Shown one piece after another: positions 13,611 through 64,000 of a stretch of DNA of 64,000 nucleotides. Position 1 is the first letter of the stretch. Each line of letters begins with the position of its first letter. A model generated the notes under the pieces. It saw nothing but the letters and a program-made list of their open reading frames with translations, had not been told where the DNA came from and did no database searches. The position numbers and the translations under genes were made by a program. Location of the stretch: NCBI RefSeq assembly GCF_009914755.1, contig NC_060933.1. One strand, written 5' to 3'. The DNA is from the human T2T-CHM13v2.0 reference genome, Homo sapiens.

Positions 13611-16357
13611 CTGGATCACATTTCCATACCTACTAGAAGCAGCAACCAGCTTGTTCTCTGTTTCCTAGAAGAGCTTTTCCAAATATGATAGCAGAACAAT
13701 TGCTCATATAGAGAGAATCCAGCTACACTTATTTATGCATTTATTTATGTTGGCTTTTGGGATACTTCTAATAATTCCATTTAGCATCAACATAGTCAAC
13801 ACTACTAAACTGTAGGCTTGCATTGCACATGATCAAGAAGGCCAATCTCCTGAACTTTGTTTGCTAATCATTGTACAACACAGTTGATATTATAAGACAA
13901 GCAAAATTATTTACCTGATTTTGCTAAGAGGAAGGGGGAAATGTGAAAGTGATTCAGGCATTGGGCTAGAGAGAAGACTCATCCACTCTGATATTATAGC
14001 TTATTGTATTGTTTATCATATATAGAGAAAAATTCACATTGACATCAAAATACTAACTGACTGACTATAGGAGAGGAAGATTTTCAATTTCTCAATTTGC
14101 AACGTTTAAGACAAGTGTGCATTTTTAATGAGATTCTGTAAGTTAGCCAGTCAACTGTTCTTGCTTGTGTGAAGGTTAGCTATTTTGCAGTCCTCATTCA
14201 TTCACTCATTCATTGGTTAAACAAATATTTACTGAATGTCTACTGAATGCCAGGTACTAGGTACTGAAGATACATAAGAACTAGTATTCTAGAGGTTAGA
14301 CATATGGACAAATAATCATGGAATGAGATAGGCACCCTGCAGTTGAAAGGATTTCATTTAGACCAGGGAATACTGCCCCAACTCTGCTCTTGGCCATAGT
14401 GATCTGTGGGTTTGCCAGTTCTGCATGACCAGAAGGTGGAAGGAGAGATGAAGCATTTCTGAATGACCTAAGGTTTTCCTATCCTCTTATTTTATGAATA
14501 TTATTGGAAGCATGGCCAGTACTTGGAAGAGGTAGGCTCTAATTCTTTGTGTTCATATGGCTTGTAAGACTTCAGTTTTTTCCTAATCCTGGTTTCTCAT
14601 GGCAAAGTGGTTGGTTGTCAGTGGCCAGAGGACTAAATTTCAAGGTTGTCACTTGAGTACTTTTCTCTGTTCTGTGGCTATAGGCTATATCCCTAATACC
14701 AGCCACTGTCCTTCCATTTTGCAAAATGCATAATGGTTAAGAAGGGCTGACTTGATGTAGGTTCACTGTTTAATCTCCAAAGTTTCCTGGAATGAAAATG
14801 CAAAGTAGCCCACTAATAAACAGGTTTAAAGTACTCATTCTATAACCAAGGAGCAGTCACATTGCCTTTGTGATATAAAGGAAAATATCATTGTCATCAC
14901 AAGGTTGTGTAGTTTTTAGAGCTAGAAAAAGAAAAGTCTACACTTTTCTTCCTGCTTGAGCTTAAAACAAAATTAAGTAACAGGCTGTAAAGAGCAGCCT
15001 TTCTTTGGACCATATGGTTCATTAGCACCACATGGTGTACCTGTACCAGAGACAGTTATTGAGTCCTACACTCCTACCTTTGTAAAATGTGAGTGATTGC
15101 CTCCCCTTGCCCCACTCCCGTACAGTCAGGGTAACTTAATCCTTCCTGGCACACTGTGTCCTTGTTGGCTTATAATACCTTCTTTATAAGCATACTTGAT
15201 TTTTGGAATTGTTCTGTAACTGGAAATCAGTCTTATTGGACAAGTGCACATCTTAAGCTGTTCACAGTGCCCTACCAGCCTAATTAAACTACAGAAATAT
15301 GAAAGCAATCAAGTGGGAGCATTTGCAAAATGAATGCCTGTTAGTAATCTGCATAGTTACAGAGACTGTCACTTAGACCTAACTGCTGGGATATGTTGAC
15401 TTTACCAATGGGAAGAAAAAAAAATCAGACATTGCTGTGTATCCCATGACTCAAATCTATTTTTGGCTGAGACCCTAAGGCCTCTCCAGGGTCAGAGAAT
15501 TTGTTTATAACCAGTTTCTGGATTGCGAAGAGAAATATCATTTCTGCCCCTCTCCCTGTTTTTTGCAAACCAATAGAAAACAACACGGAGAATAAGCAGC
15601 AGTAAACTTCCATCTTCATTGAAATGAGGAAACACTCATATCTGGAACCATAATACTGTATACCAAAAGGGGCTTTCAGGTTAGCGAAAACTACCAGTGG
15701 GAAGACACAGGCGGCTAGGGGCTTTGGATTTCATGGGTGGACTGGACAGAGTACGGAGTTCTCCCAGGGAGATGTTGCAGCCCTGGCTTGAGGCAAGGTT
15801 GGGGAGCACAGACCAACAGCAACAATCTGTCAACAGTGAGCGGGCTCAAACAGCTGAAAAACATAGGCATGCCATCTTTGCCCACTATATGTACATGGGT
15901 GAAGGAGAAACTGGGGAAGACAAGCAGCCTCCAGCTTCTATGTCTACTAAAGAGGAATAAAAACATCACCATGCACCAAAAACCTCCATTAGGTTGTTTC
16001 ACTGGGAGAAGGGCCACTTACGACGTTCACAGGGTATTGGTGAGGTTTCTGGGGGTAACAAGCTCAAGAGGCTTAACCAGCTCATTTTCCTGGTCCTTGG
16101 CCTTTACTATCCTCTTATAATATAGCTCAGGAATAACACCCCCTTTCTCAGTTCAAGGATGCACAGCATTAATAAGGAATCAACGTAGGACCTATGTGAA
16201 CATGTTGCATTTATAAAGAAATGTCACACGTACACACAGAAAGGTCATATCAAAGCAGGTAAAAATTAAGACAACATATTTCTCCAAAAACCAGTCTGAC
16301 ATCTTATAATACCAGAAATATACACACACTTCAAACCTGGGAAATCATCCTATGAAA

Positions 16358-16745
16358 CTGCTCTGACCAATATGGTAGCCACTAATACCTGAAATATGGA
16401 GTAACCAAGTAACAAATTTTTAAATTTAAAACTGATACTCATTTCAGTTATTGGAAAACTTTTAAGCACATTTAGACCAACATGGGTATGTAAATTTACT
16501 TTGCAAATTTAGATTTTATGAAATCTAAACATGGATTAAGTATTATCAGTAAAACTTTAGTGTCTCAACTGAGATATGCAAACCAGACAGACTTAGTTTC
16601 ATAAGAATGAAAAATATCTTACTGAAATAATATCTCCAATGTATTGAGTTAAATATATTAAAATTAATTAATTTTACTTGTTTTTTAGCGTGGCTACTAG
16701 ATCTTAAATTACATGTGACTTGCATATGTCTATCAGACACTATTG
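16358..16745. mobile_element. hAT-Charlie DNA element (MER33/Charlie1-like) in the 3' UTR
   Basis: CCAATATGGTAGCCACTA start; GTGGCTACTAG...AATTACATGTGACTTGCAT end. Confidence 0.6.
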
Positions 16746-17605
16746 CTATAGAAAAAAAAGCACCAGCATGCAAAGTAAATGTACATGCACTGTCCAGAGT
16801 AGGAAAAAGAGAACCCCCAAACCAAAACCTGTAAACAAAGTAAATGCATGTCCACAGAGGAATGGTATGATACATAAACATAACATTCTGTGGGGTATGA
16901 TGAACCAGGACACCAAACATTGAGAATGGGGGGAAAACATGCAAATATATTTTCCTAAAATAAAGTCTGAAGACTGCAAGGGCACATTGAGCTCCAAGGA
17001 AAATTGATACAAATAATAAGAAACATTTTAGTATATCATACTTCAGGGATAAACAAACAGTCCTCTGGACATTAGGCCTCCTCCTTCACCACCACAAAAA
17101 ACAAAACACACAAAAAACCCCAACTATTTTCACATAGCTTTTTCTTTTAAATTACTCTTGTACACAAACAGAAGGAAAAATAGAAACAAAATAAATTACT
17201 TAAGGTATTTCAAAACCTTTTTCACATTCAGTGTCTGTTTCTTGACTTGGTAATTGATGTTTGTGTTTTCTCACAGCATGTGGTCTTCATGCTATTAAGA
17301 GCAGTGGTGATGGGCATTTCGTTAAAGAGCACACCACCATTGTCTCTGGAATCTTTTTCTTAGACACTGACACCCATTCTTCAAGTTTGATACTGATGCC
17401 ATCCTGGTCAATGAAATTATCAACGCAAGGTTTTCAGAGCTCAACCAGGACTTTTTTTCCTCAACTGCTTCTTACACGGCTTTTGATTGAAGAGTAGCTG
17501 CTTTGTCACCAGGAATACATTACCAAATGTGCAGATGAATAGGCCTACCGTTATGGCCTACAACAGGATGGCTCCTTGAAGGGAGACATGGATATTATGT
17601 ACCCT

Positions 17606-17974
17606 TATGGTGTATCATATTACTTCTGCAAAATATTCACTATCCCTCCCTATGACAGGATAATTTAACTGTGGTGACTGACATCGTGCCTGTCACAGGA
17701 CTTGTTTTGGCTAATGGAATATCATGGAAGTAAAGGGTATCATTTCCTAGCGGAAGATGAAAGAGCCATCATGTGGTTCCCACCTTTCTTTTCCCTCTTA
17801 AGACCAACATGCCCCCCTTAGAGGCTGCTCCTTTAGACTGGGTGCTGAAGCAATATGGATTACAACCAAGATGGATCATTACAAACATGTGAGTGAAAAA
17901 TAAATCTGTAAGCCACTGAGGTTTTTGGGTTGTTTGTTTCTGTAGCGTAATTTATGGTTAAACTGACTGATAGA
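17606..17974 (+). mobile_element. MLT1 (MaLR) LTR within the 3' UTR, antisense to the mRNA
   Basis: GACTTGTTTTGGCTAATGGAAT; GTGAGTGAAAAATAAA...AAGCCACTGAG; ends ACTGACTGATA. Confidence 0.7.
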
Positions 17975-18566
17975 ACTCTTAAGCAGAATGGATTTAAACC
18001 CTGGTTTTGGTATGATCCACGTGTTCTCCTCAAGGACTCTTGATTTCTGCAGGACTTCCTGAGGGTAGTCAATGAGTTGGTGATTGATGACTAGTTTTCC
18101 CTTATGTGAGATTCAAGTTCAGGCTATTTCAGGTAAGCCAAGGTATATGCAGAGTGACCTCACCTGAGATGTGCTTAAACTGAGTCACCCTGGACTACTT
18201 AGTGGACACTAAGTGGGTGTGGGTGAGTCAGAGCCCAGTTGTTGGGAGCGGCCGTTTATAGCTGTATTCTGGTGAAATGCCTTGCAAACATTAAAGTCAG
18301 AAAATCCCATTGAGACTGGAATCAACACCACCTCACTTTGGGACATCATAGCAGTTCTTGGTGGGGAAGGGGCTGGTGGGGAGGGAGGGGAGGAGGAAAA
18401 TGTTGTAGCTTTGAAGGTCCACTCTTGTTTTTCTTCATTCCTTGCAATTAAAGCTGATTCCATTATGGAAGCATCAATCTGTGGACAATAGCTTCTTTTT
18501 TTTTCCTTTCCAAAGCAGAAAATTCAGCATCTGTACTTCAGAGTTCCACTGGAGAAGTGGCTGACC

Positions 18567-53786
<35,220 letters not shown>

Positions 53787-53894
53787 CTAAGAAAAAAGTG
53801 CAGATTGAAAAAATAAAAAGTTACAGCCAAAAGACAGATGTTCTTTCATGAAAAATACCTAGAGGAATTTGGAGGATGAGACAAACAAAGATTA

Positions 53895-54389
<495 letters not shown>

Positions 54390-55128
54390 TCACACTGATT
54401 TTCAACTTATAAAATGAACTAAAACATGGTAAACCATAGGCTGAATAGCCTTATTCTTAGATGTTAGATTTACGAAATGTTGAAATGGGTTTTTTTTGGT
54501 TTAAAGCAATCTCTGGCAGTAATGATCATAAGAAAAATGCCCTTTTTTTTGTGTGTGTGAGGCTGTCTTGATTTTACTTTAAGGAACTGAACGAGATTTG
54601 CTCTTATAGGGCCGTCCGGACCCCTCAGCTGCTGTTTCCAGAAGTGACAAACACTGGACCTGTCTCCTGTCTCTTTTATCTTTTTTGAGGTATCTAATAT
54701 TTCTCCCATCTCATTTCAACTTGCCGTTTTCTAGAGTGAGGTAATGGATAAATGGTGTCAGGAAATGCCTTCTGTTAGCCCAACGACTATGACTGCGTCT
54801 TCAAAGACCAAGTGTATGACTCTAATTTTAACTTAGATCTCTGACTGGCCCCAGGAATCCAGCAAATATTGCAATTCCAAGTTGTATTGCATTTTCTACT
54901 TACTGAAACACAAGAATGAATAAACATGAAAAAAAAGTTACAGTACAAGATTCATGCATCAAAGTATTGTGCCATACTTCCTTTTTTGTTACAGTTGCTT
55001 ATATCCTACAGTTCTTTGCATATAGCAGACACTAACAATGTTTTGAATTAATGACCCACAGTAATTTTAATGTTGCATTAGCACAGCAATGTAGTACCCT
55101 TGGGTTCTTGGTATAAAAATACAGCATG

Positions 55129-55428
<300 letters not shown>

Positions 55429-55782
55429 CAGCATGAAAAGAAAAAATATACATAGTATGGGAAGATGACAGAATGTTGCTAATTGCTGAAGTTGGCTGAC
55501 AGGTACCCGGAGAATCATTTTATTATTCTCCTACTTTGGTGGATGCTAAAATGTTCCTTAATACTAAGTTAAAAATAAAACCAAACATGAATTGGTGGAG
55601 TAACAGAACACAGGTCACTGAGGGGCTAGTCCTTAGGGTCCCTACTGAGCAGGCCACATTCTCTCAAGCCTTAACTCCCTCATTCATACAACACAGTTTG
55701 GATTTGGGGTTCTTGCGGATCCTTACGGAATCCTGACATTTTCTAATTCTATTAGGAGATTCAGCTTCTTGACGTTGATTCC

Positions 55783-55803
55783 TCCTGCCACCTGGTGGCA
55801 GGA
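55783..55803. promoter_or_regulatory. Palindromic CTCF-type motif in intron 1
   Basis: TCCTGCCACC-T-GGTGGCAGGA; minus strand reads CCACCAGGTGGCAG. Confidence 0.7.
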
Positions 55804-56579
55804 TCTGAAAACTACTGGTGGAACACAGGGGTGGATCCTACGTTTTTAAAGTTAATGAAAGTGGAAGGTGTGTGTGTTGAGGGATAGAGTGGGCACTCCT
55901 TTAAGTGGCAACAAGAGCACGTGTGGTTTTGTTCTCCACTGTGTAATAGTCTTATTTGGCCCCCAACAGAGTATACGCCTTGGCCTTTTAGTATTTTCTG
56001 GAAGAACAATATCTCCCACTTGAGGATTTCCAACAGAATTAGTGGGGTTATTGTGGATATTGACTGGTACCTGGAAAATGACCATTAAGACAACTGTCTT
56101 TCTTCTTCTTTTTAAATTAGAGTCGTGGGGCTGTGATATGCGGCCCCAGATAATGTCTTAGCTCAATGTTTCTTTCCATTTATTTAGCAACTCACATTAC
56201 TAAATACCTTTGCACACTTAACGCCCTACAACCACGACTGCGTTCTCATGGTAAAATCTATCCCTCTGTTGAATGTGTAAGAAAGGTGAGGGAATTGCAT
56301 TGTGAGTATGTCTAGGCCGTTTACAGCTTACACATTTAATTTCTCTAGTTAGTTTTAGTTGTTAGGTGTGCTAAAAGATGAGGGTCCTGATTGAGCCCCC
56401 TTTGAAGGGACAGCCTAGTAACCAGGAGTACATTGTGCCTGGGGTTTGTTTCCCACCATTTCTTTGATCTTGCACTTTCTGTGTGGCTATTAGAGGGAGG
56501 CAGAGATGGACAGAGGCATTTTTATTTTCTTCCTTTCATTCACTTTCTAAACCATATAATAACTTCTAGAACACTGGAA

Positions 56580-57408
<829 letters not shown>

Positions 57409-58907
57409 TCACAGATGAGGAAACTGAGGCAAAGATAAGTAAATCACTTGACTTGGGTTGTGTAGCCAGAAATGGCTGGGGTAGAATCTCAGCCCAGACT
57501 GTCCCTCCCCAGACCATCTTGTGCCTATAGAGGAGTGATTCTTTGGGCCTGGTGAAGATCAAAAGACACAGTAGTCTGCCTAGGAATTAAATTCCGTTTG
57601 GAAATTAGAACTTAGAAAGCCTGATTTGAACTCCAGATATTAAAAGACAAAGGTATAAATTATAGAAGTGTTGAAAGTTCCAGAGAAGCTTGTGGCCACT
57701 TTTAGCTACACCTAGGCTCTGTGGTCATTTCTCAAGCCACAATAGTGGTCTTCCTGCCCTGTACGCTGGTTTTAAGTGGAATATATCCTTTGAGTAACAT
57801 GGGTGGGGACTCCTGCCTCTGTGGACATGTCTTGTCATCATGGCTGGTTTGACATTCTTCAGCCTTTCCCTGGCACTGTGCTGTAATCACACAGCCTGGC
57901 TTCCATTTCTCAGTTCTTGTGGTGGGGGTTTTTCTGCTGCAGAGGTACCACCACTGTGCTAGGAGAGCCTTTCTTCACTATAGAATTTGCTCTGGCCTGG
58001 TTGCCAGAGCAAATTGCATGAGTGGTCTTGCACTCATTCAGTGGTCTTGCTTCTTGTGGGAATGGAGGCAGTACCTACCTAACAAAGTTGGGTGGCTCCA
58101 TCCAGTGGCACACACAGTAAGTGCTCATTGACTATTAAGTTAATTTCATGGTTTAGTTTGCTTCTCGCTTGTTCTGGGGCATTTACAGTCGTGTTGTCCT
58201 CTGTATTTGAAATTAGACTTATCAAAATCAACATCTGTTTGGTGAATCTGATCTCTCAAAATTGTTTGGGATCATACCCCACTTCAACTCTTTTTTTACT
58301 CTTACCATCTACCAATGTCAAATGTTTTAAGGCCCTTTCTCTAAATGTTATTCTTCGACTGCATGGATTTTGCCTAGGAATGATTGCATTTTCAAAGACT
58401 GTATTTTAGAAGTCCTTGATCGTTATCTATTGGTCTTGACTCACTTGGTTCATGTAACTTTCTGGCTTAAGTCTCGGGTGTGCATAATCCTTAGTGTGAG
58501 TTAATGGGCACTAGCTAGACCATTCCCCAGAGATGTTCTTGTTTTACCTGCCTGCCTGTGTGGGTTTAGAGGCCAGGTAAGGAGCAGCAGTACCTGTGGC
58601 AAGAGACCCAGTGGGCAGCCTGGGGCTCACTGTTACCTTTCAATGCTGAGGGATCTTTGGATTGGGTGCAAGAAGTCAAGTCTCTGTATGCTGCTGTGAG
58701 TGGCTGTAACACTAGCAATGTCTATGGCTTCAGAACACTGTTAACATTCTTCCCTTGGGAACTTTGTGAGCCAGGAGGCAGAGGAAACCCATATGTATGG
58801 GAATGTCAGGGAAAGGGGAAAGAGAGGGAGTGCTGTACCCGAAGGAGAAAACTTAAAGGAAGGTTTATAATAAGAGTTTTAAGAAAGTTTAAACATGTGA
58901 GTCCTCA

Positions 58908-59262
<355 letters not shown>

Positions 59263-59703
59263 CTAGAGGAAGAAGCCATACAAATGATAAATGGAGAAAT
59301 TATGACAAAAAGAGAGTTAGTACATTTTGAATCTATTTGATAATAAAATCTAAGACGATTCCAGGGATTATGATTCTAGAACAAATTATAAACATTATGT
59401 CCTCTGCCAAAGTAGAAAAAATCATTAGAAGGCTACTTGAAGGGGAAGGAAAAGAAAACGTAGGAGGTAGGATAAGTAGGCCAATTTCCTACTTCAGGTC
59501 ACGCTGGGCCCTCTTCCCTACTGCAATAGTTTATTACTCACTGAAATCCATCTTCATCACTTTAATGAGTGTTCAGCTTTATTTATCTATGACATTAACC
59601 ATATCAAGAATAAGACCAAAAGGCCTGAGTTAAATTGTTCCAAATGCATTGATGTATATTTTTATTTCTTCCTTAAATACAGGGTTTCCAGAGCTGGGGG
59701 CTA

Positions 59704-59860
<157 letters not shown>

Positions 59861-60377
59861 AAATTATTTTGTAAAAAGTCACAAATGCAGAATTGTCCAC
59901 TCCAAGATACCATTACCCTTGCGGCTGTTGGGTTATCTTTCACTCTTATTGTTGCTTTTGATACTTGTGTTGATCATTTGTGTTTATTAATGTGTGACTA
60001 TTTCAAACTGGCTCTAGTTTCCCGTTACTGTTCCTTGCCTTTTTCTGACTTAGGCTGATTTGTTTGAGTAGAGAAAGACACTGCCATAAGAACTTCCTAT
60101 GCATTTGGGAAGGAGACCAGAGAAGTCTAAAGTCACTCACAGAGAAGCTGTCCTGAGAGCAATGTGACCACGCCTTCACTCATGACTCTGCCAGCCATGG
60201 TGCTGTGCTTTCCCATACACGATATTACTTAACCCCTGACCCCCTTGAACGCTAATATTTGCACCTTTATTAATTTTTTATTGCCCTGCAGCCAAAAATT
60301 CATAGATAAGTATCCTTTGTCCATCTTCTAGCTGTACTTTTTACTTATGTTTACTCATTCCAGCCTGGCTTGCACTG

Positions 60378-60694
60378 TTTTTTGTTTTTTTTGTTTTTTT
60401 TTTTTTTTGAGACAGATTCTCGCTCTGATGCCTAGGCTGGAGTGCAGTGGCATGATCTTGACTCACTGCAACCTCAACCTCCCGGGTTCAAGTGATTCTC
60501 ATACCTCAGTCTCCTGAGTAGCTGGGACTACAGGCACACGCCACCACACCCTGCTCATTTTTTTTTTGTATTTTTAGTAGAGACAGGATTTTGCCATGAT
60601 GGCCAGGCTGGTCTTGAACCCCTGGCCTCAAATAATCCACCTGCCTTGGCCTCCCAAAGTGCTGGGATTACAAGCGTGAGCCACTGTGCCTGGC
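60378..60694 (-). mobile_element. Alu
   Basis: TSD TGGC(T/C)TGCAC. Confidence 0.95.
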
Positions 60695-60957
60695 CTGGCC
60701 TGCACATTTACTACTCCATGGAAATCACCCTTGCCAAAGACAATGATTTCCATGTCCCTAAATTCAGTTTTCATCATGCACCATAGACTACTTCCTCTTC
60801 AAAATGATCTGTCCCTGACTTTTGTGATATCACACTTTATTATTTTCCTCCTTCTACTTAAACTGTTCCTCCTTCCTTTCCTGTGCTGTATCAGCCTTTT
60901 ATGCTTAACTCTGAATGTTATATGTGCTTCCCTGGGGCTCTGTCCAACAAATATTTA

Positions 60958-61352
<395 letters not shown>

Positions 61353-61794
61353 TTATACAATTGATTACTTAATTATAGTTGTGCTAAAGACTACTAAAAA
61401 GTTCAAGGTGCTACTTCTAGGAGTTAATTGGAACAAAGTCCACTGTGTTTGAAGTTCTAAAGATGTGACCTGTTTAGCCACGGTGAACTGGAAATCCTCT
61501 CACCAGCACAACACCTTCCAGTAGATGAGAAAGAAGATAAACAAGGATATAATCTCATTGAATCTATCAGTGGAAACCAAGATTATTCTTACTCTCATTT
61601 GCTTCTTTGATTTGTTTTTAATAGGCAAACTCCTAGTCTGTCTGAAGGCAGCAACTTTCAGACTGCAAGGTGATTATAGATTGTTTTTTGTTTATAAAAA
61701 TGCTTTCACAATGGGCACACTAGACCAACAGTGGGAAGTCTTTTTCCTTTAGGGTTCCTGATCCTCAAAATTTGTGAGATTAAGAAACATTATA

Positions 61795-62422
<628 letters not shown>

Positions 62423-62904
62423 CTACATATTATTTACAGCACAGTAAAAGATATTAAGAGGCTAACAACACCTGTCTGTGAAGCAATTTGGTCAGAGTGG
62501 TCATGAAATGATTGACTTCTAAATTCAAGAACAGGAAATATGGCTTCAGCTCTTTATTAAATTCTATTGTTGGAATAAGATAGAAGAAGAAGAAAAAGAG
62601 AGGGAGAGATAAAGGTAGTGTAAAGAGACATTGGACATCATTAATGACACCTTCATCTTGGAACATCTTGAATAGCCCCTAAGCTAATTCAAAGTCATGT
62701 TTTGCTTCTGCTATCATTGGTTTATGCAGCAGGTATCACAACATGGGATCTTCCTTCCTGTTCTATGAAATCAAACTCAGGTCTACATTTGGAAAAATGT
62801 TACTTTTTGGTGATTTCTAAAATCACCTTGACCATCAAGCTCTTCTTTCCAAAGAGTGCTAAGTAAATAAATGTAAATTACTCAAATTAGAAGCACAGAG
62901 AATG

Positions 62905-63195
62905 AGGCCCAGTGTGGTGGCTGATGCCCATAATCCCAGCACTTTGGGAGGCTGAGGTGGGAGGATCATTTGAGGTCAGGAGTCCCAGACCAGCCTGGCC
63001 AACATGGAAAAACCCTGTTTTTATTAAAAATACAAAAATTAGCCCAGCATGGTGTTGCATGCCTGTAATCCCAGCTACTTGGGAGACATGAGAATCGCTT
63101 GAGCCCAGGAGGTGGAGGTTGCAGTGAGCCAAGATTGTCCACTGCACTCCAGCCTGGGCAACAGAGTAGAAAAGAAAAAAGAAAAAAAAGAAAGA
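62905..63195 (+). mobile_element. Alu
   Basis: Full dimer. Confidence 0.93.
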
Positions 63196-63710
63196 ATGAA
63201 TTTACAGTATATAAAACATTTAAGAAATACATTTGACTAAATAGGAAATAGATCAGAATGACTCAAGATGTTAGAAAAATAACTTTGGAAAGTCCTTTGA
63301 TGAGGCAAGACAAGGACAGCCATGCTCTCCTGGGCTGGCAGGGACCTAAGGGATTTGAGGTTTTATTTATTTATTTTTTTATATTTTGCTGACATGATGA
63401 CTACTCAGAGTGGCATGCTGGCAACTTCCATAGTCCTCACATAAATGGATTGCGGTATTTGCTATAGGAAGAGGCAGATTTTACATCTAGGTTTCAAGAT
63501 TTGGTTTGGCCTGTACCAGCATCCCCAACTAAATGGTTGATTAATAGCTGATATTTGAGCATTTGCTAGGCACCAGTACATTACCTGAATTTCCCAGCAA
63601 GTATATGATGTGGAGTATTAGTATACCTATTTTTAGATGAGCAAACAGGTATAGAGAAATAGATGAGTTGCCTAAATGGTGGGCCTGGAAAATCCAGGCA
63701 GACTGACTAA

Positions 63711-64000
<290 letters not shown>

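Larger units (their letters stand above)
14750..18566 (-). other. SLC28A3: SLC28A3 3' UTR region (3' end not determinable)
   Basis: Follows the stop codon. The first minus-strand ATTAAA I found is at 14774-14769 and the first AATAAA at 13745-13740, so the true end may lie earlier at a variant signal. Confidence 0.5.

Noticed and set aside
15697-16120. Three overlapping ORFs in or near the 3' UTR
   Set aside because: No homology recognised; mixed strands; likely chance.

Overview
Human (primate) genomic DNA, rich in Alu, L1, LTR and MER repeats. It carries most of SLC28A3 (concentrative nucleoside transporter CNT3) on the minus strand. I reconstructed coding exons 2-18 by hand. All have GT-AG boundaries and consistent phases, and together they give c.61-2076 of the known 691-aa protein, with the stop TGA at 18567-18569. 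Exon 1 (codons 1-20) lies beyond the right edge of the window. Positions ~1-14,000 are downstream, intergenic sequence. Nearly all ORFs in the supplied track are Alu-derived or chance ORFs. I see no evidence for a wholly new multi-gene system. The most interesting signals are: (i) an exactly 176-nt cryptic exon in intron 2 that matches the reported hCNT3ins insertion length and is stop-free in the incoming frame; (ii) the L461L TTG allele and linked alleles of the anthracycline-cardioprotective haplotype; (iii) an orphan low-GC CpG-island-like segment downstream of the gene; (iv) a perfectly palindromic CTCF-type site in intron 1; (v) candidate antisense promoter and splice elements over the last exon; (vi) an Alu inserted into the branch-point region of exon 17. 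Repeat family names and dbSNP identifiers come from memory, not from a search.
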